Below are positions 1 through 12,200 of a DNA stretch of 64,000 bases, piece by piece; within the stretch, counting starts at the first letter, position 1, and each line of letters opens with the position of its first letter. This DNA is from Lingula anatina (taxonomy: Eukaryota; Animalia; Brachiopoda): positions 2,480,001 to 2,544,000 of the forward strand of contig JBPQGU010000016.1 of the NCBI GenBank assembly GCA_051362555.1, written 5' to 3'. The position numbers were made by a program, and so were the translations under genes. The notes beneath the pieces were generated by a model that saw nothing but the letters and a program-made list of their open reading frames with translations, was not told where the DNA came from and ran no database searches.

Positions 1-12
1 ATAGAGCAAAAA

Positions 13-36
13 CTCTCTCCACCCCCCCTCTCTCCA
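13..36 (+). repeat. Pyrimidine tract with 9-bp direct repeat ctctctcca x2 (15 bp apart) around a C7 run; one per monomer
   Basis: ctctctcca-cccccc-ctctctcca at 13-21 and 28-36. Positions 13-20 and 27-34 are also mirror images of each other. Confidence 0.9.
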
Positions 37-233
37 AATCCTGTTCTCAGGTGTGCTTTCTGGCAATCTTTAAAGCTGAAATTGGGGGCTTTAATGAAGT
101 GACCCGGACGCGTTTCCACATTTTTTATGAATGTCAGGTGTGGTAAATTAATTTTCATCACTTTTTGGAAAAATTGGTGACGGGTCATTTTTGGGTGATT
201 TTGAGAGATTTTCGTAAGGTCCGGATATGGCAG

Positions 234-296
234 TTTTCTTCAATTTTGGCCAGGTAGGGATGAAAAATTTTTTTCTTCAATATTGTGTCAGGTAGG
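234..296 (+). repeat. Internal degenerate direct repeat within the monomer (about 26 bp, 37-38 bp apart)
   Basis: ttttcttcaattttg-gccaggtagg (234-258) vs ttttcttcaatattgtgtcaggtagg (271-296): 23 of 26 aligned columns identical in type A. Confidence 0.8.
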
Positions 297-3200
297 TGTG
301 TTTGGTCATTTGTAGTGAGGGTAAAGTGCTGGAAGAGGGATTGTGTCATTATTTAGGAAGAAATAGAGCAAAAACTCTCTCCACCCCCCCTCTCTCCAAA
401 TCCTGTTCTCAGGTGTGCTTTCTGGCAATCTTTAAAGCTGAAATTGGGGGCTTTAATGAAGTGACCCGGGCGCGTTTCCACATTTTTTATGAATGTCAGG
501 TGTGGTAAATTAATTTTCATCACTTTTTGGAAAAATTGGTGACGGGTCATTTTTGGGTGATTTTGAGAGATTTTCGTAAGGTCCGGATATGGCAGTTTTC
601 TTCAATTTTGGCCAGGTAGGGATGAAAAATTTTTTTCTTCAATATTGTGTCAGGTAGGTGTGTTTGGTCATTTGTAGTGAGGGTAAAGTGCTGGAAGAGG
701 GATTGTGTCATTATTTAGGAAGAAATAGAGCAAAAACTCTCTCCACCCCCCCTCTCTCCAAATCCTGTTCTCAGGTGTGCTTTCTGGCAATCTTTAAAGC
801 TGAAATTGGGGGCTTTAATGAAGTGACCCGGGCGCGTTTCCACATTTTTTATGAATGTCAGGTGTGGTAAATTAATTTTCATCACTTTTTGGAAAAATTG
901 GTGACGGGTCATTTTTGGGTGATTTTGAGAGATTTTCGTAAGGTCCGGATATGGCAGTTTTCTTCAATTTTGGCCAGGTAGGGATGAAAAATTTTTTTCT
1001 TCAATATTGTGTCAGGTAGGTGTGTTTGGTCATTTGTAGTGAGGGTAAAGTGCTGGAAGAGGGATTGTGTCATTATTTAGGAAGAAATAGAGCAAAAACT
1101 CTCTCCACCCCCCCTCTCTCCAAATCCTGTTCTCAGGTGTGCTTTCTGGCAATCTTTAAAGCTGAAATTGGGGGCTTTAATGAAGTGACCCGGGCGCGTT
1201 TCCACATTTTTTATGAATGTCAGGTGTGGTAAATTAATTTTCATCACTTTTTGGAAAAATTGGTGACGGGTCATTTTTGGGTGATTTTGAGAGATTTTCG
1301 TAAGGTCCGGATATGGCAGTTTTCTTCAATTTTGGCCAGGTAGGGATGAAAAATTTTTTTCTTCAATATTGTGTCAGGTAGGTGTGTTTGGTCATTTGTA
1401 GTGAGGGTAAAGTGCTGGAAGAGGGATTGTGTCATTATTTAGGAAGAAATAGAGCAAAAACTCTCTCCACCCCCCCTCTCTCCAAATCCTGTTCTCAGGT
1501 GTGCTTTCTGGCAATCTTTAAAGCTGAAATTGGGGGCTTTAATGAAGTGACCCGGGCGCGTTTCCACATTTTTTATGAATGTCAGGTGTGGTAAATTAAT
1601 TTTCATCACTTTTTGGAAAAATTGGTGACGGGTCATTTTTGGGTGATTTTGAGAGATTTTCGTAAGGTCCGGATATGGCAGTTTTCTTCAATTTTGGCCA
1701 GGTAGGGATGAAAAATTTTTTTCTTCAATATTGTGTCAGGTAGGTGTGTTTGGTCATTTGTAGTGAGGGTAAAGTGCTGGAAGAGGGATTGTGTCATTAT
1801 TTAGGAAGAAATAGAGCAAAAACTCTCTCCACCCCCCCTCTCTCCAAATCCTGTTCTCAGGTGTGCTTTCTGGCAATCTTTAAAGCTGAAATTGGGGGCT
1901 TTAATGAAGTGACCCGGGCGCGTTTCCACATTTTTTATGAATGTCAGGTGTGGTAAATTAATTTTCATCACTTTTTGGAAAAATTGGTGACGGGTCATTT
2001 TTGGGTGATTTTGAGAGATTTTCGTAAGGTCCGGATATGGCAGTTTTCTTCAATTTTGGCCAGGTAGGGATGAAAAATTTTTTTCTTCAATATTGTGTCA
2101 GGTAGGTGTGTTTGGTCATTTGTAGTGAGGGTAAAGTGCTGGAAGAGGGATTGTGTCATTATTTAGGAAGAAATAGAGCAAAAACTCTCTCCACCCCCCC
2201 TCTCTCCAAATCCTGTTCTCAGGTGTGCTTTCTGGCAATCTTTAAAGCTGAAATTGGGGGCTTTAATGAAGTGACCCGGGCGCGTTTCCACATTTTTTAT
2301 GAATGTCAGGTGTGGTAAATTAATTTTCATCACTTTTTGGAAAAATTGGTGACGGGTCATTTTTGGGTGATTTTGAGAGATTTTCGTAAGGTCCGGATAT
2401 GGCAGTTTTCTTCAATTTTGGCCAGGTAGGGATGAAAAATTTTTTTCTTCAATATTGTGTCAGGTAGGTGTGTTTGGTCATTTGTAGTGAGGGTAAAGTG
2501 CTGGAAGAGGGATTGTGTCATTATTTAGGAAGAAATAGAGCAAAAACTCTCTCCACCCCCCCTCTCTCCAAATCCTGTTCTCAGGTGTGCTTTCTGGCAA
2601 TCTTTAAAGCTGAAATTGGGGGCTTTAATGAAGTGACCCGGGCGCGTTTCCACATTTTTTATGAATGTCAGGTGTGGTAAATTAATTTTCATCACTTTTT
2701 GGAAAAATTGGTGACGGGTCATTTTTGGGTGATTTTGAGAGATTTTCGTAAGGTCCGGATATGGCAGTTTTCTTCAATTTTGGCCAGGTAGGGATGAAAA
2801 ATTTTTTTCTTCAATATTGTGTCAGGTAGGTGTGTTTGGTCATTTGTAGTGAGGGTAAAGTGCTGGAAGAGGGATTGTGTCATTATTTAGGAAGAAATAG
2901 AGCAAAAACTCTCTCCACCCCCCCTCTCTCCAAATCCTGTTCTCAGGTGTGCTTTCTGGCAATCTTTAAAGCTGAAATTGGGGGCTTTAATGAAGTGACC
3001 CGGGCGCGTTTCCACATTTTTTATGAATGTCAGGTGTGGTAAATTAATTTTCATCACTTTTTGGAAAAATTGGTGACGGGTCATTTTTGGGTGATTTTGA
3101 GAGATTTTCGTAAGGTCCGGATATGGCAGTTTTCTTCAATTTTGGCCAGGTAGGGATGAAAAATTTTTTTCTTCAATATTGTGTCAGGTAGGTGTGTTTG

Positions 3201-6200
3201 GTCATTTGTAGTGAGGGTAAAGTGCTGGAAGAGGGATTGTGTCATTATTTAGGAAGAAATAGAGCAAAAACTCTCTCCACCCCCCCTCTCTCCAAATCCT
3301 GTTCTCAGGTGTGCTTTCTGGCAATCTTTAAAGCTGAAATTGGGGGCTTTAATGAAGTGACCCGGGCGCGTTTCCACATTTTTTATGAATGTCAGGTGTG
3401 GTAAATTAATTTTCATCACTTTTTGGAAAAATTGGTGACGGGTCATTTTTGGGTGATTTTGAGAGATTTTCGTAAGGTCCGGATATGGCAGTTTTCTTCA
3501 ATTTTGGCCAGGTAGGGATGAAAAATTTTTTTCTTCAATATTGTGTCAGGTAGGTGTGTTTGGTCATTTGTAGTGAGGGTAAAGTGCTGGAAGAGGGATT
3601 GTGTCATTATTTAGGAAGAAATAGAGCAAAAACTCTCTCCACCCCCCCTCTCTCCAAATCCTGTTCTCAGGTGTGCTTTCTGGCAATCTTTAAAGCTGAA
3701 ATTGGGGGCTTTAATGAAGTGACCCGGGCGCGTTTCCACATTTTTTATGAATGTCAGGTGTGGTAAATTAATTTTCATCACTTTTTGGAAAAATTGGTGA
3801 CGGGTCATTTTTGGGTGATTTTGAGAGATTTTCGTAAGGTCCGGATATGGCAGTTTTCTTCAATTTTGGCCAGGTAGGGATGAAAAATTTTTTTCTTCAA
3901 TATTGTGTCAGGTAGGTGTGTTTGGTCATTTGTAGTGAGGGTAAAGTGCTGGAAGAGGGATTGTGTCATTATTTAGGAAGAAATAGAGCAAAAACTCTCT
4001 CCACCCCCCCTCTCTCCAAATCCTGTTCTCAGGTGTGCTTTCTGGCAATCTTTAAAGCTGAAATTGGGGGCTTTAATGAAGTGACCCGGGCGCGTTTCCA
4101 CATTTTTTATGAATGTCAGGTGTGGTAAATTAATTTTCATCACTTTTTGGAAAAATTGGTGACGGGTCATTTTTGGGTGATTTTGAGAGATTTTCGTAAG
4201 GTCCGGATATGGCAGTTTTCTTCAATTTTGGCCAGGTAGGGATGAAAAATTTTTTTCTTCAATATTGTGTCAGGTAGGTGTGTTTGGTCATTTGTAGTGA
4301 GGGTAAAGTGCTGGAAGAGGGATTGTGTCATTATTTAGGAAGAAATAGAGCAAAAACTCTCTCCACCCCCCCTCTCTCCAAATCCTGTTCTCAGGTGTGC
4401 TTTCTGGCAATCTTTAAAGCTGAAATTGGGGGCTTTAATGAAGTGACCCGGGCGCGTTTCCACATTTTTTATGAATGTCAGGTGTGGTAAATTAATTTTC
4501 ATCACTTTTTGGAAAAATTGGTGACGGGTCATTTTTGGGTGATTTTGAGAGATTTTCGTAAGGTCCGGATATGGCAGTTTTCTTCAATTTTGGCCAGGTA
4601 GGGATGAAAAATTTTTTTCTTCAATATTGTGTCAGGTAGGTGTGTTTGGTCATTTGTAGTGAGGGTAAAGTGCTGGAAGAGGGATTGTGTCATTATTTAG
4701 GAAGAAATAGAGCAAAAACTCTCTCCACCCCCCCTCTCTCCAAATCCTGTTCTCAGGTGTGCTTTCTGGCAATCTTTAAAGCTGAAATTGGGGGCTTTAA
4801 TGAAGTGACCCGGGCGCGTTTCCACATTTTTTATGAATGTCAGGTGTGGTAAATTAATTTTCATCACTTTTTGGAAAAATTGGTGACGGGTCATTTTTGG
4901 GTGATTTTGAGAGATTTTCGTAAGGTCCGGATATGGCAGTTTTCTTCAATTTTGGCCAGGTAGGGATGAAAAATTTTTTTCTTCAATATTGTGTCAGGTA
5001 GGTGTGTTTGGTCATTTGTAGTGAGGGTAAAGTGCTGGAAGAGGGATTGTGTCATTATTTAGGAAGAAATAGAGCAAAAACTCTCTCCACCCCCCCTCTC
5101 TCCAAATCCTGTTCTCAGGTGTGCTTTCTGGCAATCTTTAAAGCTGAAATTGGGGGCTTTAATGAAGTGACCCGGGCGCGTTTCCACATTTTTTATGAAT
5201 GTCAGGTGTGGTAAATTAATTTTCATCACTTTTTGGAAAAATTGGTGACGGGTCATTTTTGGGTGATTTTGAGAGATTTTCGTAAGGTCCGGATATGGCA
5301 GTTTTCTTCAATTTTGGCCAGGTAGGGATGAAAAATTTTTTTCTTCAATATTGTGTCAGGTAGGTGTGTTTGGTCATTTGTAGTGAGGGTAAAGTGCTGG
5401 AAGAGGGATTGTGTCATTATTTAGGAAGAAATAGAGCAAAAACTCTCTCCACCCCCCCTCTCTCCAAATCCTGTTCTCAGGTGTGCTTTCTGGCAATCTT
5501 TAAAGCTGAAATTGGGGGCTTTAATGAAGTGACCCGGGCGCGTTTCCACATTTTTTATGAATGTCAGGTGTGGTAAATTAATTTTCATCACTTTTTGGAA
5601 AAATTGGTGACGGGTCATTTTTGGGTGATTTTGAGAGATTTTCGTAAGGTCCGGATATGGCAGTTTTCTTCAATTTTGGCCAGGTAGGGATGAAAAATTT
5701 TTTTCTTCAATATTGTGTCAGGTAGGTGTGTTTGGTCATTTGTAGTGAGGGTAAAGTGCTGGAAGAGGGATTGTGTCATTATTTAGGAAGAAATAGAGCA
5801 AAAACTCTCTCCACCCCCCCTCTCTCCAAATCCTGTTCTCAGGTGTGCTTTCTGGCAATCTTTAAAGCTGAAATTGGGGGCTTTAATGAAGTGACCCGGG
5901 CGCGTTTCCACATTTTTTATGAATGTCAGGTGTGGTAAATTAATTTTCATCACTTTTTGGAAAAATTGGTGACGGGTCATTTTTGGGTGATTTTGAGAGA
6001 TTTTCGTAAGGTCCGGATATGGCAGTTTTCTTCAATTTTGGCCAGGTAGGGATGAAAAATTTTTTTCTTCAATATTGTGTCAGGTAGGTGTGTTTGGTCA
6101 TTTGTAGTGAGGGTAAAGTGCTGGAAGAGGGATTGTGTCATTATTTAGGAAGAAATAGAGCAAAAACTCTCTCCACCCCCCCTCTCTCCAAATCCTGTTC

Positions 6201-9200
6201 TCAGGTGTGCTTTCTGGCAATCTTTAAAGCTGAAATTGGGGGCTTTAATGAAGTGACCCGGGCGCGTTTCCACATTTTTTATGAATGTCAGGTGTGGTAA
6301 ATTAATTTTCATCACTTTTTGGAAAAATTGGTGACGGGTCATTTTTGGGTGATTTTGAGAGATTTTCGTAAGGTCCGGATATGGCAGTTTTCTTCAATTT
6401 TGGCCAGGTAGGGATGAAAAATTTTTTTCTTCAATATTGTGTCAGGTAGGTGTGTTTGGTCATTTGTAGTGAGGGTAAAGTGCTGGAAGAGGGATTGTGT
6501 CATTATTTAGGAAGAAATAGAGCAAAAACTCTCTCCACCCCCCCTCTCTCCAAATCCTGTTCTCAGGTGTGCTTTCTGGCAATCTTTAAAGCTGAAATTG
6601 GGGGCTTTAATGAAGTGACCCGGGCGCGTTTCCACATTTTTTATGAATGTCAGGTGTGGTAAATTAATTTTCATCACTTTTTGGAAAAATTGGTGACGGG
6701 TCATTTTTGGGTGATTTTGAGAGATTTTCGTAAGGTCCGGATATGGCAGTTTTCTTCAATTTTGGCCAGGTAGGGATGAAAAATTTTTTTCTTCAATATT
6801 GTGTCAGGTAGGTGTGTTTGGTCATTTGTAGTGAGGGTAAAGTGCTGGAAGAGGGATTGTGTCATTATTTAGGAAGAAATAGAGCAAAAACTCTCTCCAC
6901 CCCCCCTCTCTCCAAATCCTGTTCTCAGGTGTGCTTTCTGGCAATCTTTAAAGCTGAAATTGGGGGCTTTAATGAAGTGACCCGGGCGCGTTTCCACATT
7001 TTTTATGAATGTCAGGTGTGGTAAATTAATTTTCATCACTTTTTGGAAAAATTGGTGACGGGTCATTTTTGGGTGATTTTGAGAGATTTTCGTAAGGTCC
7101 GGATACGGCAGTTTTCTTCAATTTTGGCCAGGTAGGGATGAAAAATTTTTTTCTTCAATATTGTGTCAGGTAGGTGTGTTTGGTCATTTGTAGTGAGGGT
7201 AAAGTGCTGGAAGAGGGATTGTGTCATTATTTAGGAAGAAATAGAGCAAAAACTCTCTCCACCCCCCCTCTCTCCAAATCCTGTTCTCAGGTGTGCTTTC
7301 TGGCAATCTTTAAAGCTGAAATTGGGGGCTTTAATGAAGTGACCCGGGCGCGTTTCCACATTTTTTATGAATGTCAGGTGTGGTAAATTAATTTTCATCA
7401 CTTTTTGGAAAAATTGGTGACGGGTCATTTTTGGGTGATTTTGAGAGATTTTCGTAAGGTCCGGATATGGCAGTTTTCTTCAATTTTGGCCAGGTAGGGA
7501 TGAAAAATTTTTTTCTTCAATATTGTGTCAGGTAGGTGTGTTTGGTCATTTGTAGTGAGGGTAAAGTGCTGGAAGAGGGATTGTGTCATTATTTAGGAAG
7601 AAATAGAGCAAAAACTCTCTCCACCCCCCCTCTCTCCAAATCCTGTTCTCAGGTGTGCTTTCTGGCAATCTTTAAAGCTGAAATTGGGGGCTTTAATGAA
7701 GTGACCCGGGCGCGTTTCCACATTTTTTATGAATGTCAGGTGTGGTAAATTAATTTTCATCACTTTTTGGAAAAATTGGTGACGGGTCATTTTTGGGTGA
7801 TTTTGAGAGATTTTCGTAAGGTCCGGATATGGCAGTTTTCTTCAATTTTGGCCAGGTAGGGATGAAAAATTTTTTTCTTCAATATTGTGTCAGGTAGGTG
7901 TGTTTGGTCATTTGTAGTGAGGGTAAAGTGCTGGAAGAGGGATTGTGTCATTATTTAGGAAGAAATAGAGCAAAAACTCTCTCCACCCCCCCTCTCTCCA
8001 AATCCTGTTCTCAGGTGTGCTTTCTGGCAATCTTTAAAGCTGAAATTGGGGGCTTTAATGAAGTGACCCGGGCGCGTTTCCACATTTTTTATGAATGTCA
8101 GGTGTGGTAAATTAATTTTCATCACTTTTTGGAAAAATTGGTGACGGGTCATTTTTGGGTGATTTTGAGAGATTTTCGTAAGGTCCGGATATGGCAGTTT
8201 TCTTCAATTTTGGCCAGGTAGGGATGAAAAATTTTTTTCTTCAATATTGTGTCAGGTAGGTGTGTTTGGTCATTTGTAGTGAGGGTAAAGTGCTGGAAGA
8301 GGGATTGTGTCATTATTTAGGAAGAAATAGAGCAAAAACTCTCTCCACCCCCCCTCTCTCCAAATCCTGTTCTCAGGTGTGCTTTCTGGCAATCTTTAAA
8401 GCTGAAATTGGGGGCTTTAATGAAGTGACCCGGGCGCGTTTCCACATTTTTTATGAATGTCAGGTGTGGTAAATTAATTTTCATCACTTTTTGGAAAAAT
8501 TGGTGACGGGTCATTTTTGGGTGATTTTGAGAGATTTTCGTAAGGTCCGGATATGGCAGTTTTCTTCAATTTTGGCCAGGTAGGGATGAAAAATTTTTTT
8601 CTTCAATATTGTGTCAGGTAGGTGTGTTTGGTCATTTGTAGTGAGGGTAAAGTGCTGGAAGAGGGATTGTGTCATTATTTAGGAAGAAATAGAGCAAAAA
8701 CTCTCTCCACCCCCCCTCTCTCCAAATCCTGTTCTCAGGTGTGCTTTCTGGCAATCTTTAAAGCTGAAATTGGGGGCTTTAATGAAGTGACCCGGGCGCG
8801 TTTCCACATTTTTTATGAATGTCAGGTGTGGTAAATTAATTTTCATCACTTTTTGGAAAAATTGGTGACGGGTCATTTTTGGGTGATTTTGAGAGATTTT
8901 CGTAAGGTCCGGATATGGCAGTTTTCTTCAATTTTGGCCAGGTAGGGATGAAAAATTTTTTTCTTCAATATTGTGTCAGGTAGGTGTGTTTGGTCATTTG
9001 TAGTGAGGGTAAAGTGCTGGAAGAGGGATTGTGTCATTATTTAGGAAGAAATAGAGCAAAAACTCTCTCCACCCCCCCTCTCTCCAAATCCTGTTCTCAG
9101 GTGTGCTTTCTGGCAATCTTTAAAGCTGAAATTGGGGGCTTTAATGAAGTGACCCGGGCGCGTTTCCACATTTTTTATGAATGTCAGGTGTGGTAAATTA

Positions 9201-12200
9201 ATTTTCATCACTTTTTGGAAAAATTGGTGACGGGTCATTTTTGGGTGATTTTGAGAGATTTTCGTAAGGTCCGGATATGGCAGTTTTCTTCAATTTTGGC
9301 CAGGTAGGGATGAAAAATTTTTTTCTTCAATATTGTGTCAGGTAGGTGTGTTTGGTCATTTGTAGTGAGGGTAAAGTGCTGGAAGAGGGATTGTGTCATT
9401 ATTTAGGAAGAAATAGAGCAAAAACTCTCTCCACCCCCCCTCTCTCCAAATCCTGTTCTCAGGTGTGCTTTCTGGCAATCTTTAAAGCTGAAATTGGGGG
9501 CTTTAATGAAGTGACCCGGGCGCGTTTCCACATTTTTTATGAATGTCAGGTGTGGTAAATTAATTTTCATCACTTTTTGGAAAAATTGGTGACGGGTCAT
9601 TTTTGGGTGATTTTGAGAGATTTTCGTAAGGTCCGGATATGGCAGTTTTCTTCAATTTTGGCCAGGTAGGGATGAAAAATTTTTTTCTTCAATATTGTGT
9701 CAGGTAGGTGTGTTTGGTCATTTGTAGTGAGGGTAAAGTGCTGGAAGAGGGATTGTGTCATTATTTAGGAAGAAATAGAGCAAAAACTCTCTCCACCCCC
9801 CCTCTCTCCAAATCCTGTTCTCAGGTGTGCTTTCTGGCAATCTTTAAAGCTGAAATTGGGGGCTTTAATGAAGTGACCCGGGCGCGTTTCCACATTTTTT
9901 ATGAATGTCAGGTGTGGTAAATTAATTTTCATCACTTTTTGGAAAAATTGGTGACGGGTCATTTTTGGGTGATTTTGAGAGATTTTCGTAAGGTCCGGAT
10001 ATGGCAGTTTTCTTCAATTTTGGCCAGGTAGGGATGAAAAATTTTTTTCTTCAATATTGTGTCAGGTAGGTGTGTTTGGTCATTTGTAGTGAGGGTAAAG
10101 TGCTGGAAGAGGGATTGTGTCATTATTTAGGAAGAAATAGAGCAAAAACTCTCTCCACCCCCCCTCTCTCCAAATCCTGTTCTCAGGTGTGCTTTCTGGC
10201 AATCTTTAAAGCTGAAATTGGGGGCTTTAATGAAGTGACCCGGGCGCGTTTCCACATTTTTTATGAATGTCAGGTGTGGTAAATTAATTTTCATCACTTT
10301 TTGGAAAAATTGGTGACGGGTCATTTTTGGGTGATTTTGAGAGATTTTCGTAAGGTCCGGATATGGCAGTTTTCTTCAATTTTGGCCAGGTAGGGATGAA
10401 AAATTTTTTTCTTCAATATTGTGTCAGGTAGGTGTGTTTGGTCATTTGTAGTGAGGGTAAAGTGCTGGAAGAGGGATTGTGTCATTATTTAGGAAGAAAT
10501 AGAGCAAAAACTCTCTCCACCCCCCCTCTCTCCAAATCCTGTTCTCAGGTGTGCTTTCTGGCAATCTTTAAAGCTGAAATTGGGGGCTTTAATGAAGTGA
10601 CCCGGGCGCGTTTCCACATTTTTTATGAATGTCAGGTGTGGTAAATTAATTTTCATCACTTTTTGGAAAAATTGGTGACGGGTCATTTTTGGGTGATTTT
10701 GAGAGATTTTCGTAAGGTCCGGATATGGCAGTTTTCTTCAATTTTGGCCAGGTAGGGATGAAAAATTTTTTTCTTCAATATTGTGTCAGGTAGGTGTGTT
10801 TGGTCATTTGTAGTGAGGGTAAAGTGCTGGAAGAGGGATTGTGTCATTATTTAGGAAGAAATAGAGCAAAAACTCTCTCCACCCCCCCTCTCTCCAAATC
10901 CTGTTCTCAGGTGTGCTTTCTGGCAATCTTTAAAGCTGAAATTGGGGGCTTTAATGAAGTGACCCGGGCGCGTTTCCACATTTTTTATGAATGTCAGGTG
11001 TGGTAAATTAATTTTCATCACTTTTTGGAAAAATTGGTGACGGGTCATTTTTGGGTGATTTTGAGAGATTTTCGTAAGGTCCGGATATGGCAGTTTTCTT
11101 CAATTTTGGCCAGGTAGGGATGAAAAATTTTTTTCTTCAATATTGTGTCAGGTAGGTGTGTTTGGTCATTTGTAGTGAGGGTAAAGTGCTGGAAGAGGGA
11201 TTGTGTCATTATTTAGGAAGAAATAGAGCAAAAACTCTCTCCACCCCCCCTCTCTCCAAATCCTGTTCTCAGGTGTGCTTTCTGGCAATCTTTAAAGCTG
11301 AAATTGGGGGCTTTAATGAAGTGACCCGGGCGCGTTTCCACATTTTTTATGAATGTCAGGTGTGGTAAATTAATTTTCATCACTTTTTGGAAAAATTGGT
11401 GACGGGTCATTTTTGGGTGATTTTGAGAGATTTTCGTAAGGTCCGGATATGGCAGTTTTCTTCAATTTTGGCCAGGTAGGGATGAAAAATTTTTTTCTTC
11501 AATATTGTGTCAGGTAGGTGTGTTTGGTCATTTGTAGTGAGGGTAAAGTGCTGGAAGAGGGATTGTGTCATTATTTAGGAAGAAATAGAGCAAAAACTCT
11601 CTCCACCCCCCCTCTCTCCAAATCCTGTTCTCAGGTGTGCTTTCTGGCAATCTTTAAAGCTGAAATTGGGGGCTTTAATGAAGTGACCCGGGCGCGTTTC
11701 CACATTTTTTATGAATGTCAGGTGTGGTAAATTAATTTTCATCACTTTTTGGAAAAATTGGTGACGGGTCATTTTTGGGTGATTTTGAGAGATTTTCGTA
11801 AGGTCCGGATATGGCAGTTTTCTTCAATTTTGGCCAGGTAGGGATGAAAAATTTTTTTCTTCAATATTGTGTCAGGTAGGTGTGTTTGGTCATTTGTAGT
11901 GAGGGTAAAGTGCTGGAAGAGGGATTGTGTCATTATTTAGGAAGAAATAGAGCAAAAACTCTCTCCACCCCCCCTCTCTCCAAATCCTGTTCTCAGGTGT
12001 GCTTTCTGGCAATCTTTAAAGCTGAAATTGGGGGCTTTAATGAAGTGACCCGGGCGCGTTTCCACATTTTTTATGAATGTCAGGTGTGGTAAATTAATTT
12101 TCATCACTTTTTGGAAAAATTGGTGACGGGTCATTTTTGGGTGATTTTGAGAGATTTTCGTAAGGTCCGGATATGGCAGTTTTCTTCAATTTTGGCCAGG

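Noticed and set aside
101-161. Hammerhead-ribozyme-like pieces on the minus strand (GUGAUGA ... GAAAC ... GUC), as known from newt, schistosome and cricket satellites
   Set aside because: The core lacks the C of CUGANGA, the candidate stem II starts about 11 nt away from it, stems I and III do not form properly, and GUC becomes AUC in type B.
13-297. Splice-like signals (pyrimidine tract + cag|g at 50; cag|gtagg at 253 and 291) and Sm-like aattttgg at 242-249, suggesting tandem exons or a spliced-leader RNA array
   Set aside because: The only in-frame candidate exon (51-137) has a weak donor and a stop in type B. There is no match to spliced-leader sequences I know, and the good donors lie downstream of the Sm-like site instead of upstream.
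1-362. Monomer as a 2 x 181-bp dimer
   Set aside because: The two halves show no alignable similarity by eye. Only short internal repeats at other spacings are visible.
1-362. Assignment to known satellites of about 360 bp (Tribolium TCAST, Drosophila 359-bp/1.688)
   Set aside because: Only the length is similar. Those families are much more AT-rich than this 40% GC monomer, and I recognise no sequence match.
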